Source of the DNA: a virus
Lineage: Duplodnaviria; Caudoviricetes
Virus record (IMG/VR): IMGVR_UViG_3300038566_000115
Coordinates: 1 to 54,799 of that record
Direction: 5' to 3' (one strand)
Length of the DNA stretch: 54,799 bases
The notes under the pieces are model-generated. The model saw nothing but the letters and a program-made list of their open reading frames with translations, had not been told where the DNA came from and ran no database searches. Positions within the stretch are counted from its first letter, which is position 1; every line of letters starts with the position of its first letter. This document shows positions 1 to 6,946 of the stretch, in pieces. Position numbers and translations under genes: made by a program.

Positions 1-17
1 GTTTCCCAGTCACGATC
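1..17 (+). other. Library artefact: Round A/B (SISPA-type) random amplification primer
   Basis: Window begins with GTTTCCCAGTCACGATC, the tag of the widely used primer GTTTCCCAGTCACGATC-N9, exactly at the contig end. Confidence 0.9.
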
Positions 18-53
18 GGGCGCGAGAAGCCGAGGTAAACTACAAAGCAAACA

Positions 54-283
54 GGGTGTATCTACCTAACCAATAAGACGGTAGTTAAAGACGAAAGCAT
101 AAACCCATCAAGGTTAACAGCTCTAGACGCGGACAGCACTTTGATACGTGCGACAGGTCGTTAGTTGAGCCTTAAACAGAACCGCGCGAGCTACGCGCAC
201 ATAGGAAGCTGATATAACGGCATAAAACGATACTTAAGGTATCAGCATGGACATTCTAACCAGTGTCCATGCCCATACCTTAA
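54..283 (+). ncRNA. Candidate structured leader RNA upstream of first early gene
   Basis: No ORF. Several nested stems separated by A-rich linkers: 54-61/99-106, 62-66/80-84, 120-123/167-170, 136-139/148-151, 184-188/194-198 and the long hairpin 234-283. No family recognised. Confidence 0.3.
234..283 (+). promoter_or_regulatory. Long hairpin just upstream of RBS (possible RNase III processing site)
   Basis: TTAAGGTAT-ca-GCATGGACA-loop-TGTCCATGC-cc-ATACCTTAA: two perfect 9-bp stems with a 2x2 internal loop, about 10 nt before AAGGAG. Confidence 0.5.
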
Positions 284-307
284 CCAACCCATAAGGAGCA
301 TTTAATC

Positions 308-817
308 ATGTTTAAATTCAATTCAAAACTTACCTCGAAGACATTCGGAACACGGCTAAAAGCTATTCGCCGGTTTGACAAGTCTGTCCAAGAGTGCATC
401 GAGTACGCCGTTAACCAAGCGCTGTCGTACAACCTCACGCCACTATATGACCTAGTTGATGCCTTGCCTCGCTCAACTAAGTCCAAGACTATCATCGCGT
501 ACGTGCATGGCATCACTAGCAACGCCATTGACTTTGAAGTGCAGGAGGTCAAGGAATCTATCAAAATTGATGAAGCGTTCATCGCGGAGTACCCCTCATG
601 GGTTGGGTACAAAGAAGCCACCGAGGAACCAAAGCCTCTAATGACCGAGGAGCAGTTTATCGCATGGATAACTAAGCGTTCGACTAGCGACAAGGTAGAG
701 CCTCATGTGCAACAGATAGCGCGTTCGATGGTCGCTGCGTACGATGAAGCAAAGCAACGGGCGGACGCTGACACAAGACTTGAAGAGTTTTTAGAGGAGG
801 ACTTGAAAGCGGCGTAA
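308..817 (+). CDS. Hypothetical early phage protein (169 aa)
   Basis: ORF with AAGGAG RBS at 293-298 and an acidic C-terminus. Confidence 0.85.
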   Translation: MFKFNSKLTSKTFGTRLKAIRRFDKSVQECIEYAVNQALSYNLTPLYDLVDALPRSTKSKTIIAYVHGITSNAIDFEVQEVKESIKIDEAFIAEYPSWVGYKEATEEPKPLMTEEQFIAWITKRSTSDKVEPHVQQIARSMVAAYDEAKQRADADTRLEEFLEEDLKAA

Positions 818-1069
818 TCTCCGCTAGTTTCGTGAACTAACCACCCCATACACCGCGTACGTGTACAGAGACTCATTCTAGTCGTGTACGTACGCGTGTG
901 GTTATCCTTGTGTACGTACGTGTACACACTACCAATTCGCTGTAGGCCGCGTATATCAAGGGCTGTAGCCATATTAAATAATTCTCTGTCCAACTTGTGC
1001 CACTAAGCGTCCCGAATTTTCGAGCAAAAAGTGCTGTAAGTTATTGTATTTATTATATATTATTTATAT

Positions 1070-1078
1070 TGGTATAAT
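1070..1078 (+). promoter_or_regulatory. Extended -10 sigma70-type promoter element
   Basis: TGGTATAAT is a perfect TGnTATAAT with AT-rich upstream DNA, oriented toward the early genes. Confidence 0.55.
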
Positions 1079-1239
1079 TACCATACTTGGACAGAGAAAA
1101 ACAACGGAAACATTTTTTCACTTTCCGCCATACGTACGTGACACACCAACCACACAATATACACCCCGTATAAAAAATTGGGGGGTCTTATCTCTGAAAA
1201 ACTATGGCAATTAGGCCACCCAACAACAATAGCTAGGTA

Positions 1240-1252
1240 AATCAAACACTTA
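1240..1252 (+). promoter_or_regulatory. IHF-binding-site consensus match
   Basis: AATCAAACACTTA matches WATCAANNNNTTR. An imperfect inverted counterpart lies at about 1037-1051. Confidence 0.4.
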
Positions 1253-1422
1253 CCACACTCTATTCGGGACAGAGATTGCCCATACTGGCCACTAATTTCT
1301 GTCCACCTAGTTAAATCTATGCTGTAACCCAGTGCGTACGCTCACAGAGAGCATTTACCCACTGCCCACACGCGTACGTTCCATAACGTACGCACACCGT
1401 CAATAAATCTCACAACATAGGA

Positions 1423-1713
1423 GTGCCACTCATGTACGTACGCAACATAATGGACAAGCCAGTCTTTGAATATACTCAAGCCTGCGCTTATGTCCGCGAG
1501 CTCTATCTTGATGGATACCTATCAGCCGTTAATCTTGCTAACGCCATGCGTCAGTTGACAGCTATCAAAACATCAGTGCATCATATTGCACGTAAAGAAT
1601 CAATGTATTGGCAGGAGGTCCACTTGATAGTGAACCAACAAATCGAGAAACAAAAGACATTTCCCGAACTTGCTGCGGGTGACGTTGTTACATTATACCC
1701 GCCGGAGGATTAA
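1423..1713 (+). CDS. Hypothetical protein
   Basis: ORF with AGGAG just upstream (true start may be ATG 1432), in the early operon orientation. Confidence 0.65.
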   Translation: MPLMYVRNIMDKPVFEYTQACAYVRELYLDGYLSAVNLANAMRQLTAIKTSVHHIARKESMYWQEVHLIVNQQIEKQKTFPELAAGDVVTLYPPED

Positions 1714-1784
1714 TTATGATTACTGAAAAACAGCGATGCAAAGGACTACATCGACCTATTGATAACTAGACTGGAGGAAAAGCA

Positions 1785-1970
1785 ATGAATGACGCTAACT
1801 TAGAAGAACATATCGTGATGCACGAACAGATGCGTCTAATCCACCTACGCGACCAAATAAAAGAACAGGAGCAGACGATTAAACAACTACGAAGTGATAA
1901 ACGTAAACTAGTACGTCACATCACTGACCTCGTATGTAACCCAACCAAGGGGGGGAAAGGCAATGAATAA
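1785..1970 (+). CDS. Small coiled-coil hypothetical protein
   Basis: GGAGG RBS; heptad-like LRDQIKEQEQTIKQLRSDKRKL. Confidence 0.65.
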   Translation: MNDANLEEHIVMHEQMRLIHLRDQIKEQEQTIKQLRSDKRKLVRHITDLVCNPTKGGKGNE

Positions 1971-2101
1971 CTTTGAGTTAAACATGGCGAGCCCAACACA
2001 TAAGACCTCTTACCACACTACGCCATGCAGACACGTACGCACCTGCATGGTAAACTACACCGCGTGCACTAACCACACTAAACAATAAGGAGACACTAAC
2101 C

Positions 2102-3313
2102 ATGTCGAACCAAGCTACTGCTATGCCCCAAGTCAGTCTATTAGAAGCTGTAGAACTGACCGTTATCAACTGGTACACCCAACTTACTACGGGTGAGCGT
2201 ATGCCTATAGCCTATGTATCTGCCCCGGGTATAGGGAAATCCAGCGTTATCTACAACGAGTTACCTAAGCAACTGGCTAAGTTTCTCAACGATGATGTAG
2301 ACCGCAGCAACAACGCCAATGATGTTCTTATCAGGGAGGGAAAACAACCCATTGAATTTGGGCAGTGGACACCAAAACACTTCTACCTAAATCCTTTGAT
2401 GTGCCCCACCCAAGAAGGTGTCATCGCACAGGGTTTACCCGTGCCTATACGTACACAGGCAGAGGGTGAGGAGACCAGAGCGCACACCGTACTCGCACCG
2501 TCCCGTATCAGCCGGCCCGTCACTGATGCACCGTTCGTGTTGACCTTCCTTGATGAGTTCGATAAGGCTCAGCCTGACTTTAAGATGGCGATGAGTGAAT
2601 TTATTAACTCAGGGTTTATTGGCGATACCCAACTACCCCTATCTAACTACGCTGCACTTGCGATGAACCGCAGCCAAGATAAATCAGGCACTACCAACAT
2701 GCCGATGCACATACAGAACCGGATTGATGAGGTCCATGTCAAGGTTAACCGCGAGGACTGGATAGCGTGGGCACTGGCGAATACTAATATACCTGCTACT
2801 GCCATTGGGTTACTACAGTTCAAGCCTGACATCATGGTCGATGCTGTACCTAAGTCAGCGGAGCCCTACTGCACCTATCGTTCATACACTAAAGCGATGC
2901 AAGGGCTTGCCGTATCCGACGCGATCAACCCGAACCAACCCCACCACCTACGTAGAGCACGGCTAGTCGCAGCGATTGGACAGGCAGCAACCACAGAGTT
3001 CTTCGCTTATGAAAAGTTCGAGGCACAATGTACGCCTTACGAAGACATCATGGCCGACCCTGAGAACGCACCAGTACCGACAGAACTTGGTGTTCAGTGG
3101 GCGCAGAACATGTGCTTGTGGAATAACGTGACCGATAAGGACAGCCCGAAGGTATTTAAGTATATGCTACGGATGCCGAAACAATTTTGGGCTACACTAC
3201 TTGAGCATAAACTAATGAGTTGTCCATCACTCTTCGCGGATAGTGACTACATACAGTGGGTTAGTAAGGATGAGAACCTAACCTTCCTGTCACGCGTTGC
3301 TGCATACCGATGA
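2102..3313 (+). CDS. MoxR-type AAA+ ATPase
   Basis: Walker A SAPGIGKSS, Walker B FLDEFDK, sensor AMNR and Arg finger IQNR. Linked to a vWA gene. Confidence 0.85.
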   Translation: MSNQATAMPQVSLLEAVELTVINWYTQLTTGERMPIAYVSAPGIGKSSVIYNELPKQLAKFLNDDVDRSNNANDVLIREGKQPIEFGQWTPKHFYLNPLMCPTQEGVIAQGLPVPIRTQAEGEETRAHTVLAPSRISRPVTDAPFVLTFLDEFDKAQPDFKMAMSEFINSGFIGDTQLPLSNYAALAMNRSQDKSGTTNMPMHIQNRIDEVHVKVNREDWIAWALANTNIPATAIGLLQFKPDIMVDAVPKSAEPYCTYRSYTKAMQGLAVSDAINPNQPHHLRRARLVAAIGQAATTEFFAYEKFEAQCTPYEDIMADPENAPVPTELGVQWAQNMCLWNNVTDKDSPKVFKYMLRMPKQFWATLLEHKLMSCPSLFADSDYIQWVSKDENLTFLSRVAAYR

Positions 3314-3513
3314 AGTATGAGTATGCGATTGATGGCGATAATATTTACCGACGCCACCTAGTGTATGGCATTGACCACGATTTCCAAAGGTACTTTTTTA
3401 GTACAAATAAGTGGGGGTGGATACCCAATGTACTTATGGACTTACACGACTGGAACAAAACTTACGTAGATGTAATGAAACTTATTACCAAACAACAGGA
3501 GAGATTAAAATGA
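3310..3513 (+). CDS. Small paralog family member A (TYxDAxK family)
   Basis: ATGA overlap with ATPase; MKYEY...IYRR...W...KTYVDVMKLI. Confidence 0.75.
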   Translation: MKYEYAIDGDNIYRRHLVYGIDHDFQRYFFSTNKWGWIPNVLMDLHDWNKTYVDVMKLITKQQERLK

Positions 3514-3722
3514 AACGACCCTATGCTTATTGTAAACTCGATGGTGTTCTATATAGGTACGTACCCCCACCACTCGACATTGTAGATACATGGACAACAC
3601 ACGTCCAAGCTGCACCGTTTACACAGGGTGCATGGGGTGAACTTGTCCCACTTGAGTATGAAGCAGCTATCAAACATGCCATTCCTTCTACGGATGCAGC
3701 GATGATTGTTGCGGGTATGTAA
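3510..3722 (+). CDS. Small paralog family member B (divergent)
   Basis: AGGAG RBS and ATGA overlap; YAY...LYR...W...LEYEAAIKH. Confidence 0.6.
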   Translation: MKRPYAYCKLDGVLYRYVPPPLDIVDTWTTHVQAAPFTQGAWGELVPLEYEAAIKHAIPSTDAAMIVAGM

Positions 3723-3749
3723 GTATGGGTATGTAAGTATGGGTATGTA
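3713..3749 (+). repeat. 14-bp tandem repeat GGGTATGTAAGTAT x2.6
   Basis: Units at 3713-3726, 3727-3740 and partial 3741-3749, spanning the stop of B and the start of C. Confidence 0.95.
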
Positions 3750-3951
3750 TAGATACAAGGTATACGGAGGTTCGCTTTACCGTAAACGTATCATCAAAGA
3801 GAACCCACACTGGGAACACTCAGACAACATAGAGTTATACCTACGCCTTACCGGCGAGTGGGTTCCCGCTGTTCTGCACACCACGAATATAATGTGGGAC
3901 ACCACGTACGTACAAGCCTTGAAGTTTATTAACCAACACAGGAGACACTAA
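3745..3951 (+). CDS. Small paralog family member C
   Basis: MYRYKVYGGSLYRK...GEW...TTYVQALKFI. Start uncertain (3706/3739/3745). Confidence 0.7.
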   Translation: MYRYKVYGGSLYRKRIIKENPHWEHSDNIELYLRLTGEWVPAVLHTTNIMWDTTYVQALKFINQHRRH

Positions 3952-3953
3952 CC

Positions 3954-4886
3954 ATGTCAGAGATAAAACTTAAAGACCACATCGCCCAGTCAATGGCGAA
4001 CCAATTCATCTTGACGACTGTAACGAATAAGGAGTTCCAGTACATCAAGCCATCTAAAGCACTTGGCGCGGAGTTAGCACAACAACACGGCGCTACCGAA
4101 GAGGCTGCACTAGTGAGAGTTAATTCTTTTGCGGGGATTGACCAATTGTTTAAGGCGGTTAGTACAGCTAATGGTGACATCAAGTCACACCACCGTGCAC
4201 ATACGTTAGCGTTTGATGCGACAGGCGGGCGAGGACAGACACGCATGCTACACTGCGCCAACCTCGCTAAGTTTTTTGCAGAGCACGGACGGTTACTCCA
4301 GCATAGAGACGAAGCACTCAAGAACTTACGTGATGAGTACCCCGTCTTAGTAGAGCGGGCCAAAGCTACACTCGGTACACTACGTGACGAAGTAGAATAC
4401 CCTGACATTGACGAAGTAATAAGCAAGTACCAAATCACCATGACCAAGAGTCCGATGTCAGTACCGGCTACGCTACGCGCTATCCCTATGCTGAATAGTA
4501 GAGTAACTGACACCGCTGAGATTACATGGGCCGAAGGACTAGAGAAGTCATTCAATAAAGCGCAGGAAGCCGCAGCCCAATCCGCAGCGCAGGACTTAGC
4601 TAGTAAGCTCAAGTTATTAAGCCAACAGATATCGAACACGTTTAAGGAGAAGACGGCGACAGGCAAGACCCCTTCCATCCGAAAAGATTTGTTTGATAAG
4701 TGTAAGGACCATGCTGATTTACTCTACAACTATGATTTGCTAGCAGCAGATACGTCTGAGCTAATCCGTAGCTTACGTTCACTGTCTACTATGGATGCAA
4801 AGACGGTGAAGAACTCGCACTCAACGAAGGAGAAAGCGAAGACCCATGCCGCTGATATTGCTAAGCAAATCGATGAGTTGTTCTAA
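3954..4886 (+). CDS. DUF3150-like protein between AAA ATPase and vWA gene
   Basis: 310-aa helical ORF with strong RBS. Motifs AKATLGTL..EYPD...VISKY and its position resemble phage DUF3150-like proteins (family call tentative). Confidence 0.55.
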   Translation: MSEIKLKDHIAQSMANQFILTTVTNKEFQYIKPSKALGAELAQQHGATEEAALVRVNSFAGIDQLFKAVSTANGDIKSHHRAHTLAFDATGGRGQTRMLHCANLAKFFAEHGRLLQHRDEALKNLRDEYPVLVERAKATLGTLRDEVEYPDIDEVISKYQITMTKSPMSVPATLRAIPMLNSRVTDTAEITWAEGLEKSFNKAQEAAAQSAAQDLASKLKLLSQQISNTFKEKTATGKTPSIRKDLFDKCKDHADLLYNYDLLAADTSELIRSLRSLSTMDAKTVKNSHSTKEKAKTHAADIAKQIDELF

Positions 4887-5109
4887 GTATTACTACCAAA
4901 CCCCATGGGGCGCTGTTCTACGGAGTGACGTGAGTGTATACACTGCAATATCCAGGGAATATTCCCGCGCTTCTTCACCAATTAATTGTGAGAGGTGGGT
5001 AGATGCGCGTTGGCAGGACAGCACTATACACTCGCATTATTTATGGAACTCCCGAGAGATAACCTACATCGACGCACTTAAACTAATACGGGATGAGAAG
5101 AATGAATAA
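4873..5109 (+). CDS. Small paralog family member D
   Basis: KYYYQ...VLR...ERWVDARW...ITYIDALKLIR. Confidence 0.75.
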   Translation: MSCSKYYYQTPWGAVLRSDVSVYTAISREYSRASSPINCERWVDARWQDSTIHSHYLWNSREITYIDALKLIRDEKNE

Positions 5110-5307
5110 CGAGTATGGGTATTACTACCATGCCGACAGCGATATTCTAATGAAGACTAATGATGAACGTCGGTACGGGTTTGTACAACTCGATGGACTT
5201 TTAAATTGTTATACGCGGACAGGTAACGAATGGCACCCATGCACTGTAACGCTCCACTATTTTTTACAATACCGCTGCATAACCTACATCGACGCACTTA
5301 AACTAAT
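5059..5307 (+). repeat. Perfect 29-bp direct repeat ATAACCTACATCGACGCACTTAAACTAAT
   Basis: Copies at 5059-5087 and 5279-5307. A degenerate third copy lies at 6898-6926. Confidence 0.95.
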
Positions 5308-5362
5308 GAGAGGAGACACTAACCATGTCATTCAAACCGAAGAAGATAGTTCCCGCACCTGA
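5102..5362 (+). CDS. Small paralog family member E
   Basis: YGYYY...ILMK...NEW...ITYIDALKLMR. Confidence 0.75.
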   Translation: MNNEYGYYYHADSDILMKTNDERRYGFVQLDGLLNCYTRTGNEWHPCTVTLHYFLQYRCITYIDALKLMRGDTNHVIQTEEDSSRT

Positions 5363-6554
5363 CACGTGGGATGAAGTACTTGCCATTATCATGGCTGAAC
5401 CTAAGCTAGCGTTCTTTAGCAGCTTACTATTCCAACAACTAAAAGTATTCTTTGTTGAGGACCCCGAAGTCGACACCGCTGCAACAGATGGTACACGTAT
5501 CTTTGTGTCACCTGAATTCTGGGGCACATTAACCAACCCTAACCGTGTGTTCTTAATTGCCCATGAGATTATGCACTATGTATTACACCACAACATGTGG
5601 TGGAAGCGGGCGTTCGAGGGGTACACACTTGGTAAGGACCCCATCGACCAAGAGGAAATGAACCGCGCACAAGACTACATCATTAATGATATGTTAATCC
5701 GAGATAAGATAGGAGTAATGCCATCGGTAGGGTTACACGACACGAACATCGCCACACATGCTAGTGACTTAATGCAGACATACCTTGATTTACATGACCG
5801 TAATAAACAGAAGGGAGGTGGAGGCAATCAAGATAGCGGTGGTAATGGCGGTAAGGGTATGGACTCTCATCTACCTCCACCCCAACCAAGCAATGAGCTG
5901 GACCAGTCACAACACGAGGTGCAAGAGGCAGTGCAAGCCGCGAAGAATGCAGCGGAACAGATGGGTACCTTACCTGACAGCCTACGCCGTACACTAGGAG
6001 AGATACTAAGCCCTAAACGATATTGGGGTGACGTACTCCGCGATGAGTTCAGCGCTATTGCAGCGGGTGCTGACCGTAAGACGTGGCGCAAACCTAACAA
6101 GACCATGTTATCCCTGTTCGATATTTACATGCCGAGCACAACCGGATTCGCGTTCAACCGTATAGCAATTGTGTTTGATACAAGCGGTTCGATATGTGAT
6201 GAAGTGCTCGGTAAGTTTGTTGGCGAGTGTAAAGGTATGTTCAATGATTTACCTAGCGAGAATGGATACGAGCTATTGTACTGTAACACACGTACATACA
6301 AGCATGTGCACGCTGACAACACCGACGATATACCGGAAGCACCTGACTTCTTACAGGGTGGTGGTACTGATATGGGCGATGCGGTTAGGTATGCTAAGGA
6401 TAAGTGGGATGACCTCGATGCTATCTTAATACTAACCGATGGGTATACACCAGAGCCAAGCGAGGAAGACATACCCTGTCAGTTGGTGTGGGCTACGATA
6501 GCATCGACTAATCTGTCAACGGGCACCGTTGTTGAGATAAACGAACCGGCGTAG
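5325..6554 (+). CDS. DUF2201-type metallopeptidase + vWA domain protein
   Basis: TAATDG, HEIMH zinc motif, NRAQDYIIN, Gly-rich linker, MIDAS DTSGS, GGGTD and LTDGY. Confidence 0.9.
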   Translation: MSFKPKKIVPAPDTWDEVLAIIMAEPKLAFFSSLLFQQLKVFFVEDPEVDTAATDGTRIFVSPEFWGTLTNPNRVFLIAHEIMHYVLHHNMWWKRAFEGYTLGKDPIDQEEMNRAQDYIINDMLIRDKIGVMPSVGLHDTNIATHASDLMQTYLDLHDRNKQKGGGGNQDSGGNGGKGMDSHLPPPQPSNELDQSQHEVQEAVQAAKNAAEQMGTLPDSLRRTLGEILSPKRYWGDVLRDEFSAIAAGADRKTWRKPNKTMLSLFDIYMPSTTGFAFNRIAIVFDTSGSICDEVLGKFVGECKGMFNDLPSENGYELLYCNTRTYKHVHADNTDDIPEAPDFLQGGGTDMGDAVRYAKDKWDDLDAILILTDGYTPEPSEEDIPCQLVWATIASTNLSTGTVVEINEPA

Positions 6555-6562
6555 GAGGTGAC

Positions 6563-6713
6563 ATGAAATATGAATACTACAAATACACGGGGCCAGTTGA
6601 CCCTCGTCCAAGTATCACTAGCCGGTATATCCGTTATGCCCCCACCCCGCCCATTGGCGAAAGTTACCTTTGTCGAGGTGATGAAGTATATAGCAGGAGT
6701 TACTAATGAATGA
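6563..6713 (+). pseudogene. Frameshifted paralog family member F
   Basis: GGAGG RBS. Starts MKYEYYK (compare member A, MKYEY), but the family C-terminus KVTFVEVMKYI lies in another frame (6660-6713). Confidence 0.55.
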
Positions 6714-6933
6714 GTATCTTTATTTTAAACGAAGCGGTACCCACCGCAAGATTGCAATCTTGTATAGGATTCCATCAGATGATTTTTCGCGCGAAGTACA
6801 CAACGTACCCATCGAGAAGTGGGTTTCGTATGACCGACGATGACATATGGTTAACTGCGTTCACGAGAAGCAGCATACCATAAGGCACTGGGGTAGGATT
6901 ACCTACGTTGATGCAATTAAACTAATGAGATAA
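6706..6933 (+). pseudogene. Paralog family member G with in-frame TGA
   Basis: MNEYLYFK...ILYR...EKWVSYDRR*HMV...ITYVDAIKLMR*, with TGA at 6841-6843. Confidence 0.75.
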
Positions 6934-6946
6934 GGAGACAAAGTAA

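Larger units (their letters stand above)
982..1305. other. Putative replication origin / control region
   Basis: Non-coding. AT-rich core about 1041-1080 is flanked by a perfect 12-bp inverted repeat TTCTCTGTCCAA (982-993)/TTGGACAGAGAA (1087-1098). Further repeats: GTCCCGAAT (1009-1017)/ATTCGGGAC (1262-1270), TTCTGTCCA (1297-1305) and GCCACTA twice. Confidence 0.5.
856..1442. repeat. Cluster of palindromic CGTACG/GTACGTAC motifs
   Basis: CGTACG at 856, 889, 915, 1133, 1335, 1373, 1387 and 1437, several within GTGTACGTACG. Confidence 0.85.
2088..5329 (+). repeat. Identical 19-bp RBS/start element AGGAGACACTAACCATGTC, three copies
   Basis: Exact copies at 2088-2106, 3940-3958 and 5311-5329. 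Variants at 8061-8076 and 14891-14907. Confidence 0.95.

Noticed and set aside
856-1442. Possible CRISPR array or mini-array
   Set aside because: Repeats are 6-11 bp and irregularly spaced, with no constant repeat-spacer period.
1717-1788. Micro-ORF MITEKQ... and overlapping frame DAKDYIDLLITRLEEKQ
   Set aside because: Has an RBS but is too short; may be a decayed gene and cannot be supported.
1963-2088. 41-codon ORF upstream of the ATPase
   Set aside because: Composition looks non-coding and it overlaps a hairpin; coding status unsupported.
6841-6843. Genome-wide TGA recoding
   Set aside because: Long genes are intact in the standard code and many end in TGA with ATGA coupling.
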